From positions 9,517 to 73,516 of the forward strand of contig QPMI01000684.1 of the NCBI GenBank assembly GCA_004431415.1: a stretch of DNA of 64,000 bases, read 5' to 3'. Both the position numbers and the translations under genes were made by a program. The notes beneath the pieces are model-generated. The model was not told the DNA's origin. It searched no databases and worked only from the letters and a program-made list of their open reading frames with translations. Within the stretch, counting starts at the first letter, position 1; every line of letters starts with the position of its first letter. This DNA comes from Cyanophora paradoxa CCMP329 (Eukaryota; Plantae; Glaucophyta). Of this stretch, positions 27,844 to 37,800 are shown piece by piece.

Positions 27844-28127
27844 ACACATAGTAAAATGCGGAGTTTTAACCCTCGGCTTAATCTTAATTGATTTTGTTGA
27901 TATATATCGTATATTCTATTTCAATCAATCGATAATCTGTGTATATCTTATCGAATATTCATTTATTTCGATTATTTTGTATTCTTTTCGATATTTTATC
28001 GTAAATTTCTCTTATTTTCCGATTAGTCTTACTGAGTTAATCGATAATCTGTATATATTTCCGAATAATATAACTGAATCTCAATTAGATCTTGCCTCTG
28101 GTTAAAACTCCGCATTTTACTATGTGT
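27844..28127. repeat. 284-bp imperfect terminal palindrome (mirrored at 55480-55763)
   Basis: 28-bp perfect arms 27844-27871 and 28100-28127; internal TCG/CGA boxes are mirror-symmetric about ~27985. Confidence 0.85.
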
Positions 28128-28379
28128 GATTGGTCTTTTTGTTAATTGATTTAATCGATATTATATTCATGTACTTTCTCGATTAAATTTAATTAAATTT
28201 AATTCATTTAATCGGAAATATATCGCTTAACTCGATTAAGATCCATAAATGATTCATTTGTTTAATAAAACAAATAGATCTCTTATTGAATTCAATCGTA
28301 ATTATACATGAAACTTATATGATTTTATCATTGTTTTATTGAGTCTAAGGGGGACCCTTAGGATTTTTGAAATAATTGG

Positions 28380-28655
28380 GTGTCACAGGTGTCACAGGTC
28401 CATCCCAAACTTTTGAAAATTCATTCTTTATAGGAGAAACTTTGGGATAAACCTGTGACACCTGTGACACATACCATATTTAGTAAGGATCTCTTTTATA
28501 ATGAAAAACTCAGTAATAATCTTATCTATGTATTTCTAATTAAATGAATAAATGATTTAATCGAGTGTCACGGGTGTCACAGGTCCATCCCAAACTTTTG
28601 AAAATTCACTCTTTATAGGAGAAACTTTGGGATAAACCTGTGACACCTGTGACAC
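28380..28655. repeat. Two 91-bp iteron-like hairpins with 185-bp period (GTGTCACAGGTGTCACAGGT...ACCTGTGACACCTGTGACAC); copies at 54951-55041 and 55136-55226
   Basis: Read directly at 28380-28470 and 28565-28655. Confidence 0.9.
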
Positions 28656-29097
28656 ATACCATATTCAGTAAGGACCTCTTATATTGTGAAAATCTCAGTG
28701 TTAGTTGGTGTAGTTGATTCAAAAAATGCATTTTATACTCTGATTCATTGTTATTTCCTGTGAAATTTGAGTCAACTCAACCCACTTAGTCAACCCTTGC
28801 ATTGAATTCGTAACAAAATCCATATACTATTACTACTTTTACGATTAATATGAGTCAACCTTGAGTCCACTTTAATTATAGGGGGAATCTTGGGCAGATG
28901 CTGAGGTTTTAGTGTAAGGAAATCGAACATTATTCTAATTATTTGACATTGCTTAATGTAGGGTGCATTCATATTTCGGCTACATCATACAGTAGAATTT
29001 CTATCGTAAAGAATGACCGGAATCCGGAAAATAATCATTGTAGAAAGCTTTTGTAATAAAAAAGGTAAATTACCCTGATTATCATTATATAAACCTA

Positions 29098-29496
29098 TCA
29101 AAACGGGAATCTATCATGTTTATGTCTCTCAGTCTTCTCAAATGTGAGGAAATTCATTGTTTTATCGATCTCATCTGCAACTGCTTGTGTTTTATGCTGA
29201 GCTTCTTTACCACAACTGAATATATCAATTGCTAACATGCCTTCATTGGAATAACAATGAGCTGTACAATGGCTTTCATCTAATAGCAGAACCAATGCAA
29301 AACCAGGAGGTGATAGTTTCCCATCAAATATCTCACAGTGTTTATGAACAATCCTAATACCTTGTCTCAATATTGCTTGTTCAAGGGTTCTCATAATCCA
29401 ATTACCAAGAAAGCTAACATGCTCATAACCTGTTGCTATAGCTGTTTTAGCCTTGTAATCAAGCATTACATGAAAGCCTCTGTATTTAGTCTCCAT
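29098..29496 (-). CDS. speD: S-adenosylmethionine decarboxylase proenzyme (small prokaryotic-type, pyruvoyl-dependent)
   Basis: PPGFALVLLLDESHCTAHCY..EG.LAIDIFSCG matches the AdoMetDC ESH self-cleavage motif and the D.F.CG motif; N-terminal G.H.+LD. Confidence 0.88.
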   Translation of the reverse strand: METKYRGFHVMLDYKAKTAIATGYEHVSFLGNWIMRTLEQAILRQGIRIVHKHCEIFDGKLSPPGFALVLLLDESHCTAHCYSNEGMLAIDIFSCGKEAQHKTQAVADEIDKTMNFLTFEKTERHKHDRFPF

Positions 29497-29525
29497 TAAG
29501 AATACCTTAGAAAAATTAATTAATC

Positions 29526-29798
29526 CTAATCGAACCTAATGCAAATATCCCTGTACTCTACTTTGATTGATGAAGTAGCCCTTTTCCTGTAAGCCTGAGA
29601 ATGCTTTTTGTTGCATTCCCTACAACCTGATCCCTTCACATGATTAAAGGGATATGTAAGGATCACCTTGTTACACTGCAAACATCTAACAGATACTTTC
29701 TCTTGAGCTTTGATGTAATGTGTCTCACTGTAATCGAATTTATCTTTACCATGAACTGTCATAGCAGCATCAATAAACTTTTTTGTTTTACTATCCAT
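29526..29798 (-). CDS. Zn-ribbon protein (DUF723/CapR-like repeat seen in viral homing endonucleases); no nuclease domain
   Basis: FI..A..VHG.DKFDYS...YIKA..KV...C..C......P.NH.KGSGC..C. Confidence 0.7.
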   Translation of the reverse strand: MDSKTKKFIDAAMTVHGKDKFDYSETHYIKAQEKVSVRCLQCNKVILTYPFNHVKGSGCRECNKKHSQAYRKRATSSIKVEYRDICIRFD

Positions 29799-29820
29799 AC
29801 TCTATATATAACCAATATTC

Positions 29821-30654
29821 TTATGGAGCAGTATCCTGCCCAAAAATGGGGAAATATCGATTTGTCCCATAGTATTCAGCATAGGTATTCTGCTTTGCAA
29901 TAAAATCGGTTCTCTCTGCAAACATCACACACTTGTAGATACCAAACTTGGTGGCTCTCACTAAGAACTGATAGTCTTCCAAACCGAAATTGACTCCATG
30001 ATAAGCAATTCCGAAATTATCATATGGGGTGATCACTACTGCAAAGTTGGGAGTTCCACCTTCAACTTGGCATACAGCATAAACATCTGGTGGGATATCC
30101 ACAACAACCTTGTAGTGATCACCAATCTCAACAAGAGAGTCTACTACTGCTGTTTGTTCATTCACAACAATGGGGAATATCTTGATTATATAGGGGGCAT
30201 TCATGCTGGGGACATAGGTTCGAATTCTTGTGTTGGGATCAATGGGATTGGGTTGATCATTCACAAATAAAGGCGCTCCAACAGCCCCACCAACCCTAAG
30301 ACCATCACCAATATAAGCTCCCCCCGATTTGCAGTTAATAGCTCCCGACCTAGATTCAAAAGAATAAGTAGACAGAGGATCTCCATAGCTATCTGGGTCT
30401 CCATAATGAGCAGAAAAGTTTGCATTTGTGACAAGTAGCTTAGTTGTCTTAACTATTCCATTATTTTTATCACATCTGAGTTCCTGTAATCTCAGCTTGT
30501 GGGTGGAACCAAATGTATTCATTGTAGGTTGGACCTCTGTGGATTGGAGACCCTCAACATCATCAAAAGTAGCATGCTGCAGAACATGGTTTGCTGGTGC
30601 AGCTAATGAAAGCTGAGGTGTAATAATTCGTTCAAGTGGGGGTTGCTCAGCCAT
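29821..30654 (-). CDS. Putative virion fibre/spike-associated protein, paralog 1
   Basis: 277-aa intact ORF; shares ELR.DKN.G.VKTT.LLVTNANF and SGGA.IG.G.RV.G with the neighbouring ORF. Confidence 0.5.
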   Translation of the reverse strand: MAEQPPLERIITPQLSLAAPANHVLQHATFDDVEGLQSTEVQPTMNTFGSTHKLRLQELRCDKNNGIVKTTKLLVTNANFSAHYGDPDSYGDPLSTYSFESRSGAINCKSGGAYIGDGLRVGGAVGAPLFVNDQPNPIDPNTRIRTYVPSMNAPYIIKIFPIVVNEQTAVVDSLVEIGDHYKVVVDIPPDVYAVCQVEGGTPNFAVVITPYDNFGIAYHGVNFGLEDYQFLVRATKFGIYKCVMFAERTDFIAKQNTYAEYYGTNRYFPIFGQDTAP

Positions 30655-30677
30655 TTTACATTAAAGGGATATATCTT

Positions 30678-31523
30678 TTATGGGGTTGGGTCATCAATTA
30701 CATCTGGCTCCATGTAAAACCCTGTAACTGAAAGAGTATCAGGAGTTACACCTCTAAGAGCTGATACAGCGGCTATATCTGTTCTCAAACCGATAAGAGT
30801 TATAGTATATAACCCAATATCTGTAACAAACAAGTCAAAGGTGAAATTATTATTATAAACACAGTAGCCATAACCGAAATGATTGTATCCCTGAACATTG
30901 AAATAGTATTTATGACCTACTTGATTGTTGTTGGCTCTACAAAGGGAAAGCATTGCAGATGGAATCGCAAGACCTCTCAGTACTCTTTTGGTTCCTTCAA
31001 TTAATTCCGAGTTTTCAAGAGTAACAGTATATCCAATGTAAAATTGAATTAATGGCTGCTGTGCAACAGGAGTATATAATCGAATTCGTTGGGGGTCTTC
31101 AACATTCTGTTCAAGAGTATCTGGGACATCATTATACGAAATTGAGGATGAAAGCTGACCTGAAACTCTGCAACCTCCACCAATAAAAGCTCCTCCTGAT
31201 CTCACAGTAACAGCAGCAGAATTCTTATCGAAATCAAGGGCTTTCAGATCAACACTGAAAGCATCTGGACCTCCATTAGTAGGTTGGAAGAAGTTTGCAT
31301 TTGTGACAAGAAGTCGAGTTGTTTTCACCACACCTGAATTCTTATCAGCTCTCAGCTCTTTAACTCGAATAATCGAATTTTTATCAAAGGAGTTACCATT
31401 GGAGTTGGGTCTCTCTGTGGATTCTAAACCACGAACCTCATCATTAACTTCATGCTGGCGAAAATGCATTGCAGGGGATCCAAGGGAATATATAGGCAGT
31501 TGAACTCGATTATATTCACCCAT
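30678..31523 (-). CDS. Putative virion fibre/spike-associated protein, paralog 2
   Basis: Likely start MGEYNRVQ at 31523; clear paralog of 29821-30654. Confidence 0.5.
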   Translation of the reverse strand: MGEYNRVQLPIYSLGSPAMHFRQHEVNDEVRGLESTERPNSNGNSFDKNSIIRVKELRADKNSGVVKTTRLLVTNANFFQPTNGGPDAFSVDLKALDFDKNSAAVTVRSGGAFIGGGCRVSGQLSSSISYNDVPDTLEQNVEDPQRIRLYTPVAQQPLIQFYIGYTVTLENSELIEGTKRVLRGLAIPSAMLSLCRANNNQVGHKYYFNVQGYNHFGYGYCVYNNNFTFDLFVTDIGLYTITLIGLRTDIAAVSALRGVTPDTLSVTGFYMEPDVIDDPTP

Positions 31524-31562
31524 TGCTTCTTTTACTAAGAAGTAAAGAAAAATAAACTGCAA

Positions 31563-31868
31563 TCAAGCCAAAGTGATTAAATTCGATCCAAGGGATTGGT
31601 AGGCAACTGAAAGTGATTGAAGGTTGGATGTCATTGATTTGATGTTGTTATCACATTCAGTGTATTTAACAACAGGGTCACCATATGCAGATTTGGCAAG
31701 GACATTAACCAAGAGGTTTTTATACTCATTTACAACTGGTGAGAGCTTGTTAGTTTGCTGAATCGTTTTTTCAACTGTTTGTAATGCGTTTACAAGGGTG
31801 ATTGTGTCAAAAGAAAGCGCAACAGGCTCAGTTGAATAGGTGGTTCCACCAAGAGGATAGGTCGCCAT
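31563..31868 (-). CDS. Hypothetical protein (101 aa)
   Basis: ATG-initiated ORF packed tightly between co-oriented viral genes. Confidence 0.6.
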   Translation of the reverse strand: MATYPLGGTTYSTEPVALSFDTITLVNALQTVEKTIQQTNKLSPVVNEYKNLLVNVLAKSAYGDPVVKYTECDNNIKSMTSNLQSLSVAYQSLGSNLITLA

Positions 31869-31871
31869 TTA

Positions 31872-34800
31872 TTATACTTTGACATTTTTAATTTGGTCTA
31901 TTTGATCCTGTTGATCTTTGCATTTTTGGGACAACTCCTTCACAGCTTCAATGAGAACTGGAATTAAACCTGTGTATTCAAGAGATAGGTAGCCATCGTC
32001 TTTTTTAACATTAACTACCTCTGGTATTACCTTTTCTACATCTTGCGCAATTAAACCTAATTTCGTTCCATCTTTTTCGCTTCCAATTCGTTTAAAACTC
32101 ACTCCTTCTAATTTTTCGATTGCTGAAAGAGCGCCGGATATCTTTTTAATGTCGGTTTTGTATCTTATGTCACTTCCTTGTGTTAAATAACCTCCAATCC
32201 ACATCCATCCTCCATGATACATGTAACAAATATCAGTATCTTGTTCATTTCGGAATACAAGGGGAATATCTCCCCCTCCTTTCAAATATGTAGAAGTTTG
32301 GTTACCGAAATGGATACGATTATATCCATCACTGGAATTAAACCAAGTCCCCACAGTTCCTGTTAAGATATTGGGTTTGCTATAAACGTTATTCCAATGA
32401 ATATAGCCGGTGTGACCGCCATAACTATTTCCAACCCAAATTTTCATGTAACTAATACCCATAATATGAACTCTTCCAATCTTTGGTCTAATTCGAATTG
32501 TGAGGAATCGATTACCAAGATGTATTGGAACATTATTTATACCACTGTGGTTACCATCAGGAGATGTGCTGTATGGTTGATAACTATTTACTGATGTAAT
32601 AAAAACTTCATTCCCTTGTCGATTCAGTCCCCAAATTTCAAAAATTCGTGAGTTAGTCCAAGGTAAATAAGTTAAAAACGCTGTTCCTTTGTGGTATCCA
32701 TCAGGTATATCGAAGTCAATCCAAGCGGTAGATGTTTGATCATCCGTTTGATTATTATGAACATATGAACCATAATTATAATGTGGATCCCATGCTGAAC
32801 TCCATGCCCATGTCCAACCCTCAGAACATCTATTAAATTCAATACCTCCTACTGTTTTATCTGCTGTGTGAAACTTTGGAACAGCATTACCATTTATTTG
32901 AAGATCTGTTGTAGCATTAATAGTGGGTGCTGTAATAGTGTTTTTCACCCAAAAGTTACCATTGTTATAAGACTTTAAAATTGCTCCATCTGCTGAGTCT
33001 CTAAATTCAATTGACACACCGTCACCATTCGGTCTCCCTCGTATATATGTGCAATCGCCATTACCAAACCAAATTCGCTCGACTGCATCTACTGATTTTA
33101 ACCATGTATTTGTTGCCCATGTTGCGGTTTGTGGAAGGTCTGCGGCTGAGTAAAATGATGGTTTACTAAATACATTATCCCAAGAGATCATGCCCAATTC
33201 ATTATCAGTTGCTCTCTGTCTGCTCCACCCAAAAACACCTGTGAGATGAATGCGACCTTTTCGACCTTGGACATAAATATATTTGTAGAATTCGCAATTG
33301 ATAGAGACAAACAAGATTGTATTATGTGTTCCATCCTGATTCACCTGTTGAATTCCCTGATAGGCATTTACTCGTTTTAAGAAATGTTGATATCCATTGA
33401 CTGTTTGCCCATAGATATCAAAATATCTACAATTATACCAAGGCATGTGCTGGATATAAAATGATTTCATACCTGTGGGAATGAGCCATCTCATCCAACA
33501 ACCACTGCAATCTTCATCATTTTGTGGTGTGGTATGACATCCATTTTGCCCTGTTCTTGATGCCCATGTAACAGTCCAGTTATTTGGAGATCTGTCTGTT
33601 GAAATCACATCTAACTGATCAAAATCATAACCTTTTGGAATTGTGGTTCCACCAATTTGTAGAGTGGTAGCATTCACAGTTCCATTGACAGTCCCACCTG
33701 TAAGAGGTAAATAATTCCCAAGAGCTGCTGTTAATTCGTTATCTGTTACAACATCTGTAAGAGCTAATTGTAATTCTGTATTTGTTACATAATCTTTGTT
33801 TTCTAAATAATCATCTGTAACAACACCAGAGAGGGTCTCATTGTGTAAGTTTTTTGCTGCCATCCTCTGATTGACTTCTAAGGCTCCTCCTGCTAATGTT
33901 TTAATCCAGGACATTTCGCATTTCCCATAGTTATCTGATGGTTGTCCCACAAGTGGGACATAATTGAATTTGGATCGACTGAATATTATTTTAGGTCTGG
34001 AGCCATCAGTTGCACTGACATCTGTTACATTTACTTGCATAATGGCATCCTTATCATCATATGCTGCTGGATCAGATGGGAGAGGTGGTAATCCTGATGT
34101 CAATGTGATGTCCTCATTATAATAACTTGTTAAGAAGATGCCTGGTTTGGTATCAATCACCCCAACACCACCTGCTGAAATCATTTGGATTCTTGTTGGT
34201 TGTTTGATGTATAATTCACCTTCCATTGTGGTCCCTGCATCAATGCCTTTTCGATTGACATAATAATCATTTAGTTGTAGCCTTTCAGGTATGGTATTAC
34301 TCTGGTAGAGACTCACACCATTTGTAAAGTCTGTCAAAATATTGCCTGATGATGCAAAAGTTGGTTGTTCATCTATTTGACTCCAAGGGTGTCTGTGGTT
34401 GCTATTGGTTATTGTTGAGTAATCATGAGTGTGTGAATCAGGTGGGAAGGTTAATGGAGGATTTGTGATATGCTCCCATAAATGAGTATGGGCGAAATCT
34501 GTGATCTGATCTTTGGTGTGAGTATGGGCAAAATCTGTGATCTGATCTTTGGTGTGAGTATGGGCGAAATCTGTGATCTGATCTTTGGTGTGAGTATGGG
34601 CAAAATCTGTGATCTGATCTTTGGTGTGAGTATGGGCGAAATCTGTGATCTGATCTTTTGTGTGAGTATGGGCGAAATCTGTTATTTGGTCTTTTGTGTG
34701 AGTATGGGCGAAATCTGTTATTTGGTCTTTTGTGTGAGTATGGGCGAAATCTGTTATTTGGTCTTTTGTGTGAGTATGGGCAAAATCTGTAATCTGGGCT

Positions 34801-37800
34801 TTTGTGTGAGTGTGATTTTGAATCCAACCTTGAACCACATTAGAGGTTGGATGATGTGGTAAATTTGCATTGCTTGTAACTGTAAGGTAATCTATTACAG
34901 TATCAGGTGAGGTTATTTTTAATCCTCTGTAAATATTCAGAGTCTGGGTATGAGTGAATCCATATTTTTGTTGAATGTAATACCTCACAGCATTCTTTTC
35001 AGAAGTTGTCAAAGCCCTATTGAAAACAATCAACTCGGAAATACCACCATTCACAATATTACCAAATCCGAAATGATTGACAGTATTATCTGGTAGATAA
35101 TTTGTTCCTACAAGTGTTTCAATATCTACTCCATTTAACCCGACTGTGTAGCTGCTGGAAGTAATTGTTTGGTCAGTGTAATACCATGTATTTATTAAAG
35201 AAGGAACCGTAATAACTGGGCGGTTTTGGGATGCTCCATTAATAGTGAACTGGTTCATTCCAATAGCAGTAGAAGATGTTGCCCCATAATAACAATATCG
35301 TGATGGAAAGGCGCTTCTGTAAAGTCTCAAGTGAACTTGCATAGAAGAGGCAGTTGGATGATATTTTCCCACAAAGAAAAATGTAAGCCCATTTGAGAAA
35401 TCAATAGTTCTTGTAGCAGAGGTATATGCATAAAAAGTGCCTGTTGGGCTTGAAACACTAACTTGGTTGTTGATTTCGGGATTGGTGTAATAGGAACTGG
35501 CTCCGGAGATAAACAAGTCTGGAACAACTGAATTCGGGACTCTGCTTACTATAGTTGTATACATTGCTGATTGACCTGGTACTCCTGATGCCTTCCAAGC
35601 AAAAATGCAGTTCGAGATATTTGATGCTGGATCAAAGCTTGGTGGGACATCATACCATTCTTCGTAAACCTGATTCATGGTATTGAAATTGCAAGAGCCA
35701 ATTGTGAGGATTCCATTTACTTTCAAATTGCTGGTCTCTATATTGCTACTGTAAATATTACTATTAACTGTGAGGTTTCCTGTGATTGTCCCACCCACAA
35801 GAGGGAGATATTTGGATAGTTCTGCTGCAAGTTCAGCTTCTGTAATAAATTGATCAAGCATAGCAAGGGTTACAAAATTAACAAGGATTACTGCAGTAAG
35901 GTAATCCTCTGTGACCACTCTCGAAATATTTTCGTTGTGTATGTTTTTTGCAGCCATCCTCTGATTGGCTTCCAGAACCCCACCATAATCTGTTTTAATC
36001 CATGCAAGCTCTGCCCTCCCATAATTATCATTTGCAGTTCCCACTATGGGAATGTAGGAATATTTATCTCTGCTGAATACTATCATTGGTCTTGAGCCAT
36101 CTAAACTGCTTACATCTGCTACATGAACCTGTATAGCAGAGTTGTAATTTTGGTAGGTTGCTGGGTCTGTTGGGACTCTAAAAGTATCTGTGGGTATGTC
36201 AGCCTCCATGTAGCTTGACACAAAGATATTTGGTATGGTTGCTCCTGGTTCAGGTGGGGTTTCATAAGAGCCTGGTAATGTCCTAATATGAAGTGGTCCT
36301 CTCATAGCTGAATTCGCAAGTGTCCCATTCACATGAACATAGTGGTGATTCAAAAAGATCCTTTCAGGGACATTGCAAGTCTGGTAAAGAGAAACTCCCA
36401 GAGTAGCAAGAGGCTCAACTTTTGCAAATTCTGGTTGGTCATTGATCTCATCCCAGGTGTGTTCATGGTTGCTTGCTGCAAACTTATCTGGAATCCCATC
36501 AATATCACCCCAATCATGCCTGTGGTCTTCTGGTGGGTATTTCTGTGGTTTGCCTAAGATCTCATCCCAGTCATGGTTGTGATCCTCTGGTGGATATCTG
36601 GCTGGTTTATTGTTGATCTGCTCCCAATCAGGGAAGAATTCCCAAATCTCTGGGCGAAATCCATCTGGTAATAGTTCCTCATGGGGTTCATAAGGTTGCT
36701 CATAATCAACAGCTGGTGGATCATGCCCATCTGGCAAATACTCCTCATCAGGTTCATAGTTCTGCTCATACTCAAACTCTTGTGGATCTAAGCCATCTGG
36801 TAGTATCTCCTCCTCATTGGGGTCAAACTGATCATATTCATATTCTTGTGGGTCAAAACCATCTGGTAAATATTCTTCCTCATCTGGAACGAATTGATAT
36901 TCATCAAGCTCTAATATATCGACTTCAGGAGGTAAATACTGCTCATCTATTTGCTTTCTGGGTTCAATTATAGGTTTATTGCGAACTTGCTCCCAACTAA
37001 CAATATGCTGCCCAAAAGCAACTGTCTCATCTGCTGTGTACTCTCTGCCTGGTTGCTTTTTCGGTGTTAAATCCGGTGGATCCCATGGAAGAGGGAAGGG
37101 AACTGGGACAGGTCCATAATACTCAAAGATCTCTCTTATGGTCTTCTCACTTACAAGTTTCTCCCCATTTGCATACACATTGCTGCCATGGATATTTCGC
37201 CATTGCCTGGTTCTAATTCCAAGGTCTTTCACATTGCTATACAAAGGCAAAAGGTGCCTATCCATTTCGACTAAATCAGGATGTAAATGGATTGCTACTG
37301 GTTGACTGGGGCTACTGTTGATTGTAATTGATGGCTTTTTTTGATGGACATCTTTTGGAGTAAAGAACCCAAAAGGCTCATTCCTTGCAAAGTCATATGT
37401 AATATCCTTGGGGTAGACATCATTTGTGTAGGAGACCTGATTTGTATTGGCAATGGGACCCACTTGCAATACTTGGGGGACCTCAGCTTTTGCAGTGCTG
37501 CCCTCATTGTAAATTCGCAAAGCTGTGTTCTGTTTGCCCTGCTCATCTTGAACATTGAAAATCAATCGACCACTATCAAACCTGGAAGGTATATCTGGGT
37601 GAGTGCCACTGGTTTTTAGTTTCCTAGGTCTCCTTCTTGTTGCTTTGATCTCTGCCACTTGGTTTGCTTTCACATTACCCAAACTAAAGGCTACACTGAC
37701 ATCCTCTTTATCTGGATCGGTTTGATTCACAGATAAAGCATGCTCCCTTGATTGAGTCTTTGATGAATTATCAGAGCTGTGGTCAATTGAAACTGAACCC

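Larger units (their letters stand above)
27844..28902 (+). repeat. Left TIR (~1.06 kb)
   Basis: Reverse complement of 54702-55763 with a few substitutions and indels, mostly at the inner edge. Confidence 0.95.

Noticed and set aside
27818-28105. ORF 27818..28105 and its mirror 55502..55900
   Set aside because: Both cross the host/TIR junction and translate the low-complexity terminal palindrome.
34491-34814. 36-bp periodic array as a CRISPR
   Set aside because: No unique spacers; it is an in-frame coding tandem repeat in the fibre gene.
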